Shown piece by piece: positions 29,993-38,743 of a stretch of 64,000 nucleotides of DNA. The number at the start of each line of letters is the position of its first letter. Position 1 is the stretch's first letter. Origin of the DNA: Candidatus Niyogibacteria bacterium (GTDB lineage: Bacteria > Patescibacteriota > Minisyncoccia > JACROR01); assembly GCA_016186495.1 (NCBI GenBank), contig JACPLO010000002.1:6857-70856 (forward strand). The letters are read 5' to 3'. Under the pieces are notes generated by a model. That model made no database searches and was not told where the DNA came from. It saw nothing but the letters and a program-made list of their open reading frames with translations. The position numbers and the translations under genes were made by a program.

Positions 29993-30010
29993 CGGCATTT
30001 CTAACGGGGT
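29993..30010. repeat. Right 18-bp inverted repeat tcggcatttctaacgggg flanking tRNA-Thr
   Basis: Exact reverse complement of 29901-29918. Confidence 0.85.
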
Positions 30011-30015
30011 AAACA

Positions 30016-30048
30016 GGTTGGAGGTTCGAATCTTCTCCTCGACTCCAA
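30016..30048 (+). pseudogene. tRNA-like 3' half (variable loop, T-arm, acceptor, encoded CCA)
   Basis: AGGTT-GGAGG-TTCGAAT-CTTCT-CCTCGAC-T-CCA. The T-stem pairs with two G-U wobbles. The acceptor is complementary to the 5' half at 29867. Confidence 0.45.
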
Positions 30049-30109
30049 GATTAGATTTTTTACAATCATAATTCATGCGGCTTGCTTATTTATCAATGGA
30101 GATTAAAAA

Positions 30110-30877
30110 ATGTTAATATTATGTTATGAAAGTTGTTCTGCTAACGTTCAAGTCCTCATGAAAAAACCGCGGCACATTATTTATCATTCACGGATACATC
30201 TTTTAATAACTATCGGAATAATTTTTATTCCTTTTGTTTTTCTTTTACTCTTTTCGCAATATGCAAAAATTAGCACCGCGAAGCTCTTCGCCAATCTTTT
30301 TGTTTCTTTCTTAAGACTGCTCGCCGCATATCTTATCGCGGCTGTACTTGCTTGGACGAGCGCAGTCTTACTTTATCGGGGGCGGCGAGCTCTTGTCGCG
30401 CTTCCTATTTTTGATGTCTTGCAGAGTTTTCCGACTTTCGCGGCCTTGCCGCTCGCAGTTTATCTCTGGGGGCCGTCAGCAATAACCGTTATCGTATTTT
30501 TAATTTTGACTATTATCTGGCCGATTTTTTTCTCGCTTATCAGTTCTTTAAAGCTTATGCGTAAAGATTGGGAAGAAGCCGCGGCCATTGCGGGACTTCG
30601 CGGTTTTGATTATCTTCGCCGGTTTCTCTGGCCAATCAGCCTTCCCGGCCTTATCACCGGGTCAATTATTGGCCTGGGCGAAGGATGGGAAGCTTTGGTT
30701 GCCACGGAAATAATCGTAGCGGCGCGGACCGGACTCGGCAGTTTTTTCTCTCTCTATGCTCAAGACACCTTCATAACTGTGTTTGGAATAATTGGGCTTC
30801 TTCTCTTTATATTCAGCGTTAATAAAATATTTTGGCTTCCGCTTCTTGAGCGAAGCCATCGTTTGATGGAAGAATAA
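30110..30877 (+). CDS. ABC transporter permease (NitT/TauT-type)
   Basis: 6 TM helices and the EAA-like loop (EEAAAIAGL). Confidence 0.8.
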   Translation: MLILCYESCSANVQVLMKKPRHIIYHSRIHLLITIGIIFIPFVFLLLFSQYAKISTAKLFANLFVSFLRLLAAYLIAAVLAWTSAVLLYRGRRALVALPIFDVLQSFPTFAALPLAVYLWGPSAITVIVFLILTIIWPIFFSLISSLKLMRKDWEEAAAIAGLRGFDYLRRFLWPISLPGLITGSIIGLGEGWEALVATEIIVAARTGLGSFFSLYAQDTFITVFGIIGLLLFIFSVNKIFWLPLLERSHRLMEE

Positions 30878-30890
30878 ATGGAAGAATAAT

Positions 30891-31475
30891 ATGAACTCGA
30901 TTATCTTTTCATATCTTACACATTGGCGAAGTTTGGGGTATGCGCTTGTATTTATCGGGATGATAATTGAAGGAGACATTATTTTGTTTACTTCTTCGTT
31001 TCTTGCGCATCAAGGTTTTTTTAATATCGGCGATTTAATGTTCTTTGCATTGGCCGGCGTATTAATAGGAGATTTACTGTGGTATTTGCTCGGCTGCCTG
31101 ATGGATAATCATATTAATAATAATTCCAATTTATCTTTTGTAGCCCGCTGGATAGCAAGAATCGCGAAGCCGCTTGACGCTCATCTTCTTAATCGTTCAT
31201 ACCGCACTATTTTTATTTCAAAATTTGCATTCGGCTTTCATCATGCGCTCTTAACGCGTTTAGGCATGCTTCGCTTTTCTTGGAAAAAATTTATTAAAAT
31301 TGATTTTATTTCCGCTGTGCCTTGGATGATTATAGTCGGCGGGCTCGGATATTTTTCTGGAGCAGCTTTTTTTGCTTCAAAACATTATCTTCGGTTAGCG
31401 GAAACAGGATTATTAATTACGCTTGTTCTTTTTCTTGCTATTGAACATTTCGTAATAAAGAAACTGAAACTTTGA
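30891..31475 (+). CDS. DedA/VTT-family membrane protein
   Basis: IGMIIEGDIILF...G motif region and a multi-TM topology. Confidence 0.55.
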   Translation: MNSIIFSYLTHWRSLGYALVFIGMIIEGDIILFTSSFLAHQGFFNIGDLMFFALAGVLIGDLLWYLLGCLMDNHINNNSNLSFVARWIARIAKPLDAHLLNRSYRTIFISKFAFGFHHALLTRLGMLRFSWKKFIKIDFISAVPWMIIVGGLGYFSGAAFFASKHYLRLAETGLLITLVLFLAIEHFVIKKLKL

Positions 31476-31476
31476 T

Positions 31477-32238
31477 ATGAATCCTACGCTCATTTTAAAA
31501 AATATTTCAAAAAATTTTCAGGAAGATCGCGGGCAGAAACTCCCTGTGCTTAAAGGCATTGATCTTGAAATAGCCGCTGGAGAATTTTTCATAATCCTCG
31601 GGCCCTCGGGGTCAGGCAAGTCAACGCTTCTTCGCATTATGAGCGGCCTTGAATCGGAGTATGAAGGAAAAATCGGATACGGCAGCGGCATTACGCCGTC
31701 TGATTTCAGCTTTGTATTTCAGCAATTTGCGCTCTTCCCGTGGCTTACCGTATTTGAAAATATCGCCATCGGGCTCCGAGCGCGGCATACGCCGGAAAAC
31801 ATTATTAAAGAACGGGTAGAAAATGAACTCAAACGGTTTAATCTAAAGCATTTTGCCGATTCTTTCCCAAAAGAATTATCGGGAGGGATGAAACAGCGCG
31901 TTGGCATCGCCCGGGCATTAACAACCGATCCTAAGATTATTTTTATGGACGAACCATTCTCGGAGCTTGATTCTTTCACCGCTGAAGAGCTTCGCAAAGA
32001 ATTTTCGCATATTTGGAAAGGGCGCCAGCTTGTTGAAGCTGGCGCCCGCCAAACCATTATTATGGTGACCCATCTCATAGAGGAAGCGCTGGAGCTTGCT
32101 GACAGAATCGCCGTGCTTACCCCGCGGCCCGGAAAAATAGAAAGGATTATTACGAACACTCTCGCCAAGCCGCGCAATAAACGATCTCCGGAATTCTTTT
32201 GCCTTGAAGATGAGATTTATAAATTAATAAGGCCGTAA
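31477..32238 (+). CDS. ABC transporter ATP-binding protein
   Basis: Walker A GPSGSGKST, signature LSGGMKQR, and Walker B IIFMDEP. Confidence 0.88.
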   Translation: MNPTLILKNISKNFQEDRGQKLPVLKGIDLEIAAGEFFIILGPSGSGKSTLLRIMSGLESEYEGKIGYGSGITPSDFSFVFQQFALFPWLTVFENIAIGLRARHTPENIIKERVENELKRFNLKHFADSFPKELSGGMKQRVGIARALTTDPKIIFMDEPFSELDSFTAEELRKEFSHIWKGRQLVEAGARQTIIMVTHLIEEALELADRIAVLTPRPGKIERIITNTLAKPRNKRSPEFFCLEDEIYKLIRP

Positions 32239-32250
32239 ATTCCGTAATTT

Positions 32251-32934
32251 ATGAAAAAATACATAATTTCAGCCATAATTTTAATTTTGGGCTTAAGCGC
32301 GTATTATTTTATTTATCAGCTAAAAATCGGAGATAATAATATGAAGGAAGCAAACGAAAATTCTAAGGAGGATTTGAATCCCGTTAAAAATAACGAGTTG
32401 AGCGATGTTGAGAATAGCGCCGCGAAACAGCGTAAAATTTCTAACGGGATGAATCCGCGCGCGACGCTGGAAACGAGCATGGGTAATATTACGATAGAAC
32501 TTTATCCTAAAGATGCGCCGAAAACCGTGGCTAATTTTATCGGTTTAGCTAAAAAAGGATATTATAACGGCGTTATTTTTCATCGGGTGGTAAGCGGTTT
32601 TGTCATTCAGGGAGGCGATCCGACCGGCACGGGCGCCGGCGGCAATTCCATTTACGGCGGCGATTTTGAAGACGAACTTGATTTAAATACGGAAAGTTAT
32701 CAGCGCGGATATTTAAAAGGCGCGGTCGCGATGGCTAATCGCGGGCCTGACACTAATTCCAGCCAATTTTTTATTATGCTTGAAGATAAATCTTTGCCTA
32801 AGCTTTACACTATTTTCGGCAAAGTGGCGGAAGGAGATGATGTCGTCCAAAATATCGGCCGGGTGAAAGTAGGCGCTAATGACAAGCCATTGGCGCCGGT
32901 TATCATAAATAAAATTATTGTTGAAGGAAATTAG
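32251..32934 (+). CDS. Peptidyl-prolyl cis-trans isomerase (cyclophilin type), membrane-anchored
   Basis: GYYNGVIFHRVV...GGDPTGTGAGG cyclophilin core, with an N-terminal TM. Confidence 0.88.
   Translation: MKKYIISAIILILGLSAYYFIYQLKIGDNNMKEANENSKEDLNPVKNNELSDVENSAAKQRKISNGMNPRATLETSMGNITIELYPKDAPKTVANFIGLAKKGYYNGVIFHRVVSGFVIQGGDPTGTGAGGNSIYGGDFEDELDLNTESYQRGYLKGAVAMANRGPDTNSSQFFIMLEDKSLPKLYTIFGKVAEGDDVVQNIGRVKVGANDKPLAPVIINKIIVEGN
32375..32456. repeat. Palindromic repeat inserted in-frame in cyclophilin linker (ttgaatcccgttaaaaat...aatttctaacgggatgaat)
   Basis: The ends match the 130-bp element termini. It encodes NPVKNN...ISNGMNP between the TM anchor and the PPIase domain. Confidence 0.8.
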
Positions 32935-33014
32935 TCTTATTTCTAACGGGATTGATTTATTTTTTTTATAATGATATTTTTTAAATAAATAAGTTCATTT
33001 ATATCGGAGGCGAT

Positions 33015-33644
33015 ATGGATACAGGAAAATTCATTGTTTTTGAAGGCGGGGAAGGCTGCGGAAAAAGCACCCAAGCGAATTTACTCTTTGAATGGCTGAA
33101 AAAAAACGGCTATGATGTTTTACTAACCAAAGAACCCGGAGGCGACGAAGGAATTTGCCGAGAGATAAGATCAATTCTGCTTAATAAAAATTATCAAGAA
33201 TCATTTTCCGAAAGAACGGAATTGCTTCTTTTTACGGCGGATCGGGCCCAGCATGTTGATTTTACGATTAAACCGGCTTTAGAGTCCGGAAAGTTCGTGA
33301 TCAGCGATCGTTATGAAGCTTCCACTTTTGCGTATCAATGCGGAGGCCGGAAAATCGAGCCGAAAAATTTTCTATGGTTAAACAGATATGCCGCTAAAGG
33401 GTTGCGTCCGGATTTTACTTTTTGGCTTGATCTTGATCCGAAGATCGGTTTGCGCCGGAATATGAATACGGAAAAGCGCGATCGGTTTGAAACTGAAGAT
33501 GTTATTTTTCACAATCAAGTTCGCGAAGGATTTGTTAATTATTTTCAGGCCATTAATTCTTATTCGTACAAAAAACTGGAAGGACAGTTATCAATTGAAG
33601 AGCTGCATCAATCGGTTTTAACAACAATAAGACAGTTTATCTAA
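33015..33644 (+). CDS. tmk: Thymidylate kinase
   Basis: P-loop FEGGEGCGKSTQ and the DRY motif region. Confidence 0.85.
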   Translation: MDTGKFIVFEGGEGCGKSTQANLLFEWLKKNGYDVLLTKEPGGDEGICREIRSILLNKNYQESFSERTELLLFTADRAQHVDFTIKPALESGKFVISDRYEASTFAYQCGGRKIEPKNFLWLNRYAAKGLRPDFTFWLDLDPKIGLRRNMNTEKRDRFETEDVIFHNQVREGFVNYFQAINSYSYKKLEGQLSIEELHQSVLTTIRQFI

Positions 33645-33662
33645 CTGTCTTATTTTTTTTTG
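33628..33662 (+). terminator. Rho-independent terminator overlapping tmk stop
   Basis: Perfect stem aagacagtt/aactgtctt with loop tatc, followed by a T10 run. Confidence 0.7.
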
Positions 33663-33717
33663 ATCAGAAATTTTTTTTGCTTGTTTTATTATTTTTTGTT
33701 AATTAAAATTAAAAGAT

Positions 33718-34992
33718 ATGACAACTTCTAACGGGGTAAAACAAAATATCGTTATTTTGGGAGCGGGGTTTGCCGGCGTGAGAGCGGCTTTGGATTTAGC
33801 CAGATACCTGCCTTCGGAAGCGAAAATTACCCTGATTGACCGGAATTCTTTCCATTCATACACGCCGGCTTATTACGAAGTGGCGGCCGCTTTTTTGCCG
33901 GAAAAAGAAGAGCTTTCCCGGGAACAATTTGAATTATTGGCTTCAACCGCCGCCATTCCTCTTAAAACTATTTTTGAAAAATATAAAAATGTGGAATTGG
34001 CAATCGGCGAAGTGGCGGATATTTTGCCTGAAAAAAATCAGATTGAGATAAAATCGGGCGGAAAATACCGCTATGATTGGCTGATCATCGCTTTGGGAAG
34101 CGAACAAGATTATTTCGGGTTATCGGAGATCAAAAAATATGTTTATACTTTAAAAAGCCTGGAAGGCGCGCTTAATTTGCGGAACGGCATTGATGAATTA
34201 TTTTGGCGCCGGGCTAAGCATGAAAAAATAAAAATAATAGTGGCGGGCGGCGGATTTTTGGGAAGCGAGATAGCGGCCGAACTTGCCGGTTATGTCAAAA
34301 AACTTAATCGCCAACATTCTCGGCCAAAAGAAAATTGCGAAATAAGCATTATTGAAGGAGGACAGAATGTTTTAGGAAACGCCAGCGAATGGGCGCGGAA
34401 AAAAGCGGCCGGCCGGTTGGAAAAATTGGGCGTAAAAATTTCAACAAACAGTTTAATCAGCAAAGTAACCGAAGAAAAATTGATTTTGAAAGACGGCCAA
34501 ACTGTTTCTTATGATATTTTAATTTGGACAGTCGGCGTTCGGGCTTGCGCGATTACCGGCCAACTGGTCGGCCAAGGGCAAGAATTAAAGGGCAAAGGAT
34601 GCCTGGCCGTTGACCGATATTTGCGCGTCATTCCCTATGAAAATATTTTTGCCGCCGGAGATATTGCTTACGCGTCCGATTACGAAATAAATACTTTTAT
34701 GCCGATGACCGCTCAAGTCGCTATTCTTCACGGCCAATATATCGCTTACACGATAAAAAGAATGATTCGCAAACGCCGCCCGTTCCCTTATTGGCCGCAC
34801 CAAAATAGATTTAGCATCGCGCTTGGCGGAAAATACGCGCTTTTTGACGGAAAGCGGTTTAAATTCTCCGGTTTTTTCGCCTGGCTTTTGAAACATTTGA
34901 CGACTTTAAAATATTTCGCGGGCATTCTTCCTTTTTATCGCGCTTTTTTTATCTGGCAACGGGGTTTTAAGATATATAAAGATAACGATTAA
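33718..34992 (+). CDS. FAD-dependent pyridine nucleotide-disulfide oxidoreductase (NDH-2-like)
   Basis: N-terminal IVILGAGFAGV and a second IIVAGGGFLGSE dinucleotide fold. The start codon region ATGACAACTTCTAACGGGGT is a repeat half-site encoding MTTSNGV. Confidence 0.7.
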   Translation: MTTSNGVKQNIVILGAGFAGVRAALDLARYLPSEAKITLIDRNSFHSYTPAYYEVAAAFLPEKEELSREQFELLASTAAIPLKTIFEKYKNVELAIGEVADILPEKNQIEIKSGGKYRYDWLIIALGSEQDYFGLSEIKKYVYTLKSLEGALNLRNGIDELFWRRAKHEKIKIIVAGGGFLGSEIAAELAGYVKKLNRQHSRPKENCEISIIEGGQNVLGNASEWARKKAAGRLEKLGVKISTNSLISKVTEEKLILKDGQTVSYDILIWTVGVRACAITGQLVGQGQELKGKGCLAVDRYLRVIPYENIFAAGDIAYASDYEINTFMPMTAQVAILHGQYIAYTIKRMIRKRRPFPYWPHQNRFSIALGGKYALFDGKRFKFSGFFAWLLKHLTTLKYFAGILPFYRAFFIWQRGFKIYKDND

Positions 34993-35055
34993 CCGCGGCC
35001 TTGATTTTTTTTTAAAAAAAGCGAATAATAGAAGTCGTTTAATTTTAATGATGAA

Positions 35056-36270
35056 ATGATAAAAAGGATTTATCTTGATCATGCTGCCGCCACTTATCTG
35101 GATAAGCGCGTCCGGCGGGCAATGAATTCATTTTGGGAAGAAAATTTCGGCAATCCTTCTTCTTTATATAAAGAAGGAAGAAAAGCGAAGAAAGCGCTTG
35201 ATCAGGCGCGGGCGGGCATCGCTTCGCTTATCAACGCGCGGCCGGATGAAATTATTTTTACCGGCAGCGGCACGGAAAGCGATAATTTGGCGATTTTCGG
35301 AATAGCCAAAGCGCTTGGAGTTCCGATTTCCAAGCCAAAAGGGCATATTATCACCACTAAAATAGAACATCACGCGATTTTGAACGCGGTTGAAAATTTA
35401 GAGGAAGAAGGTTTTGAGGCGACTTATCTGAATGTGGATAAAAATGGGCTGGTTGATCCGATTGACGTTAAAAAAGCCCTGCGTCCGGACACCGCGCTGG
35501 TTTCCGTAATATACGCCAATAATGAAATCGGAACTATTCAGCCTATCGCGGAAATTTCCGAAATAATCAAAGAATACCGGAAAAATAAAATGGGAATTCA
35601 GGAAAAAACTCCGTTTTTTCATTCCGATGCCTGCCAAGCCGCGGGTTATTTGGAAATGGACGTTGAAAAATTGGGCGTGGATTTGATGACGGTCAACGGT
35701 TCAAAAATTTATGGCCCAAAAGGGATAGGATTTTTATACGTCAGATCGGGCGTAAAATTAAAACCGATTATTTACGGAGGCGGCCAGGAAAAAGGTTTGC
35801 GTTCAGGAACGGAAAATTTGGCGGCGATCGTTGGTTTGGCCGAGGCCTTTAAAATCGCTCAACAAGAAAGAAAAAAAGAATCGGCGCGCCTGATAAAACT
35901 TCGCGATAAGCTGGCTCAAGGCATTTTAAAAACCATTCCTAAAACCGTTTTGAACGGCCATCCTGAAAAACGTTTGCCCAACAACGTGAATGTTTCTATT
36001 CTTGATATTGAAGGGGAAAGCACTATGCTTTATCTGGACGCTCGCGGCATTGCCGTTTCCACTGGTTCGGCTTGCACTTCACGGAGTTTAGAGCCCTCTC
36101 ATGTCATTTCCGCGCTGGGCCGGCCTTTTGAATATGGCCACAGTTCGCTGCGCCTTACCTTAGGCAGAAAAACCAGCAAAAAGGAGATAGATTATGTTTT
36201 AAAAATTTTGCCGGAAGTGGCGGGGATTTTGAGAAAAATTTCTCCTTTTTTGCTGAAGGCAAAAAAATAA
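35056..36270 (+). CDS. nifS: Cysteine desulfurase (NifS/IscS class V aminotransferase)
   Basis: PLP-lysine context SGSKIYGPKGIG and a SGSACTS active-site Cys loop. Confidence 0.9.
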   Translation: MIKRIYLDHAAATYLDKRVRRAMNSFWEENFGNPSSLYKEGRKAKKALDQARAGIASLINARPDEIIFTGSGTESDNLAIFGIAKALGVPISKPKGHIITTKIEHHAILNAVENLEEEGFEATYLNVDKNGLVDPIDVKKALRPDTALVSVIYANNEIGTIQPIAEISEIIKEYRKNKMGIQEKTPFFHSDACQAAGYLEMDVEKLGVDLMTVNGSKIYGPKGIGFLYVRSGVKLKPIIYGGGQEKGLRSGTENLAAIVGLAEAFKIAQQERKKESARLIKLRDKLAQGILKTIPKTVLNGHPEKRLPNNVNVSILDIEGESTMLYLDARGIAVSTGSACTSRSLEPSHVISALGRPFEYGHSSLRLTLGRKTSKKEIDYVLKILPEVAGILRKISPFLLKAKK

Positions 36271-36279
36271 TAAAGAAAA

Positions 36280-36741
36280 ATGAAGAAGAAAAAAAATAAT
36301 AAAAAATTTAAAAAAGACATTAATGTCGCCAATCAATTCACCGGCGAAGGATGGGTTTATTCGGAGACGGTAAAAAAACATTTTTTTTATCCAAAAAATT
36401 TATTGCTTAAAGATCCGAAACCCGGAGATTTTGACGCGGAAGGAATGGTGGGTTCTCCGGCTTGCGGCGATATGATGAGAATGTGGCTTAAAGTTGATCC
36501 TAAGACTAAACAGATTAAAAAATTAAAATGGCGGACTTTCGGCTGCGCTTCGGCCATTGCTTCCACTTCTATGTTTTCCGTAATGGCGACGGAAAAAGGA
36601 GGAATGACTATAAATGAAGCGCTTAAAATAAAACCGCAGGATATTTTGAAGCGGCTCGGCGGCTTGCCGGAGATTAAAATTCACTGTTCGGTTTTGGCGG
36701 ACCAGGCTTTCCGAAAAACCGTTGAAAATTTACCGCAATAA
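36280..36741 (+). CDS. iscU: Fe-S cluster assembly scaffold IscU/NifU
   Basis: SPACGDMMR...LKWRTFGCASAIASTS...HCSVLA, giving the three conserved Cys. Confidence 0.9.
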   Translation: MKKKKNNKKFKKDINVANQFTGEGWVYSETVKKHFFYPKNLLLKDPKPGDFDAEGMVGSPACGDMMRMWLKVDPKTKQIKKLKWRTFGCASAIASTSMFSVMATEKGGMTINEALKIKPQDILKRLGGLPEIKIHCSVLADQAFRKTVENLPQ

Positions 36742-36798
36742 ATTTGCTTCGCAAAATTAAAAAGACACCGATTGATTAATATGTTAAAATTATAAACG

Positions 36799-37032
36799 AT
36801 GGCGAATAAAAAGATTAAAATAGGCAAAATTTACGTGGATCGCGGCCTCTGCATCGGTTCGGGATCTTGCGCGGCGGTGGCGCCGGAGGTTTTTGCTTTA
36901 GATAAGGAAAATAAAGCCTATGTTTTTAATGAAAAAGGAACGGATGACGAGATGATTTTTTTAGCGGCCCAATCTTGTCCGGTTAAGGCGATTTTTATTT
37001 ATGATGAAAATAGCCGGCAAATTTATCCGTAG
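36799..37032 (+). CDS. Small ferredoxin-like protein
   Basis: CIGSGSC...C...C pattern, 77 aa, inside the Fe-S assembly cluster. Confidence 0.55.
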   Translation: MANKKIKIGKIYVDRGLCIGSGSCAAVAPEVFALDKENKAYVFNEKGTDDEMIFLAAQSCPVKAIFIYDENSRQIYP

Positions 37033-37088
37033 TTTTTAGAAATTCATTTATTATTTACGATATATCGAAAATAAAAACATTATTATTT

Positions 37089-37433
37089 ATGGAACAAAAA
37101 ATAAATCCCGTTAAAAGTTTTATAGCAAAAAAAGTATTAACTAAAAAGAAAGCCGAAGGCGAATTTGTCGACAAAAGTATGGATAACGACAAGCTCGGCA
37201 GAACTTCTAACGGGATAAAAAAAATTTTAGAAACTGAAATCGCGCCGATGCTCGCGATGCATGGCGGAAGAGTGGAATTTGTCAGTTTTGAAGAGGGGAC
37301 GGTAAAAATTCGGCTTAAAGGCGCTTGCCATGGCTGCGCGCTTTCCGAATTAACCTTGAAAGAAGGCGTGGAAAGAATTCTTAAAGAAAAAATCCGCAAA
37401 ATAAAAAGCGTGGAAAATGTTGAACCCCGTTAG
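37089..37433 (+). CDS. NifU C-terminal-domain (Nfu-type) Fe-S carrier with repeat-encoded N-terminal extension
   Basis: MHGGRVEFVSFEEGTVKIRLKGACHGC CxxC motif. The first ~42 codons are encoded by a palindromic repeat. Confidence 0.78.
   Translation: MEQKINPVKSFIAKKVLTKKKAEGEFVDKSMDNDKLGRTSNGIKKILETEIAPMLAMHGGRVEFVSFEEGTVKIRLKGACHGCALSELTLKEGVERILKEKIRKIKSVENVEPR
37103..37216. repeat. Palindromic repeat in-frame at 5' end of nfu (aaatcccgttaaaagtt...aacttctaacgggat)
   Basis: 15-bp inverted repeats ~100 bp apart. It encodes NPVKSF...RTSNGIKK. Confidence 0.8.
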
Positions 37434-37537
37434 AAGTTCAACCATGCTTTATTATATTAAAATCAAAAGTAAGCAAAGTCGCCTAACGGCTCACTTTAAT
37501 GTAAATTTTTATTATTATGACAACTTCTAATGGGGTG
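37422..37537. repeat. Palindromic repeat spanning nfu stop to nifS2 start (gaaccccgttagaagtt...aacttctaatggggtg)
   Basis: The left arm contains the nfu TAG stop. The right arm overlaps the nifS2 ATGACAACTTCTAATGGGGTG start. Confidence 0.8.
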
Positions 37538-38716
37538 AATAAATCGCGATCTAAATATATTTATTTTGATTATGCCGCCACTACGCCGGTTGACGCGGAA
37601 GTTTTGTCCGCGATGGAGCCCTATTTCAAGAAAAAATCCGGCAATCCCAGTTCTTTGCATTTAATGGGCCAAGAAGCGAGGCGGGCCGCGGATGATGCGC
37701 GCGAACAAATGAAAAATTTTTTAAATGCTTCGTCTCTTCGGGAAATTATTTTTACCGGCTCCGCGACCGAAGCCAATAATTTGGCGATTTTTGGCGTGAT
37801 TAAAGCGATGAGATATTGGCCGGCTAAATTGCCGCATATTATCACCACGGCGATTGAACATAAATCAGCGTTGGCGCCATGCCAAGAATTGGAAAAAAAG
37901 GGGGAAGCAGAAGTCACTTATTTAAAACCAAACAAAGAAGGGTTTATTAATGCTGAAGAATTAAGGCAAGCCCTGCGTCCGGATACCGCACTGGTTTCCG
38001 TAATGTACGTCAACAATGAAATCGGGACTATTCAGCCCATCGCGGAAATTTCCGAAATAATCAAAGAATACCGGAAAAATAATTTAAAAATAACTCCGTT
38101 TTTTCATTGCGACGCCGTTCAAGCGGCCGGATTTTTGGACATGGACGCGCAAAAATTAGGCGTGGATTTGATGGTTGTTTCCGGTCATAAGATTTATGGG
38201 CCAAAAGGCATTGGCGCGTTGTATGTCCGGGAAGGCGTGAAAATTCAACCCTTGGCTTACGGCGGAGAACAGGAATACGGAATAAGGCCCGGCACGGAAG
38301 CCGTGTCTTTAATCGTCGGTTTAGGCAAAGCAGCGGAAATAACCGCCAGATGGAAATTTGATAAAAATAATCTGGAAAAAATTTTAAAGTTGAGAAATTA
38401 TTTGATTGACGAATTGTTAAAAATCCCGGGAATCCAGTTAAACGGCTCGCGTGAAAATCGTTTGCCTAATAACGCAAATATCGCTTTAACCGGCTATAAT
38501 ATGGATTCTTTGCTGATTAATCTTTTTGAAAAAGGAATCTGCGTTTCTTCCGGCGCGGCTTGCGGCGCCAGAGGGCGTAACCCTTCGTATGTTATTTTTG
38601 CGATCAGCGGCGACCGGAAACGGGCGATTTCCAGTTTGCGCATTACTTTAGGGCGGGAAACAAACAAAAAAGAAATAGATTTATTTTTAGAAAAATTGAT
38701 TGGCACTCTTGCATAA
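37517..38716 (+). CDS. Cysteine desulfurase paralogue (class V aminotransferase)
   Basis: PLP-Lys SGHKIYGPKGIG and a SSGAACG active-site loop. It shares a ~100-bp near-identical DNA tract with the 35056 gene. Confidence 0.9.
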   Translation: MTTSNGVNKSRSKYIYFDYAATTPVDAEVLSAMEPYFKKKSGNPSSLHLMGQEARRAADDAREQMKNFLNASSLREIIFTGSATEANNLAIFGVIKAMRYWPAKLPHIITTAIEHKSALAPCQELEKKGEAEVTYLKPNKEGFINAEELRQALRPDTALVSVMYVNNEIGTIQPIAEISEIIKEYRKNNLKITPFFHCDAVQAAGFLDMDAQKLGVDLMVVSGHKIYGPKGIGALYVREGVKIQPLAYGGEQEYGIRPGTEAVSLIVGLGKAAEITARWKFDKNNLEKILKLRNYLIDELLKIPGIQLNGSRENRLPNNANIALTGYNMDSLLINLFEKGICVSSGAACGARGRNPSYVIFAISGDRKRAISSLRITLGRETNKKEIDLFLEKLIGTLA

Positions 38717-38743
38717 AGACTGCCAATTTGTTAAAATATTAAA

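Noticed and set aside
29900-30015. Intervening sequence in outer tRNA as a group I intron
   Set aside because: At ~115 nt it is far too short for a group I intron core and has no P/Q/R/S elements. It is instead a complete tRNA plus inverted repeats.
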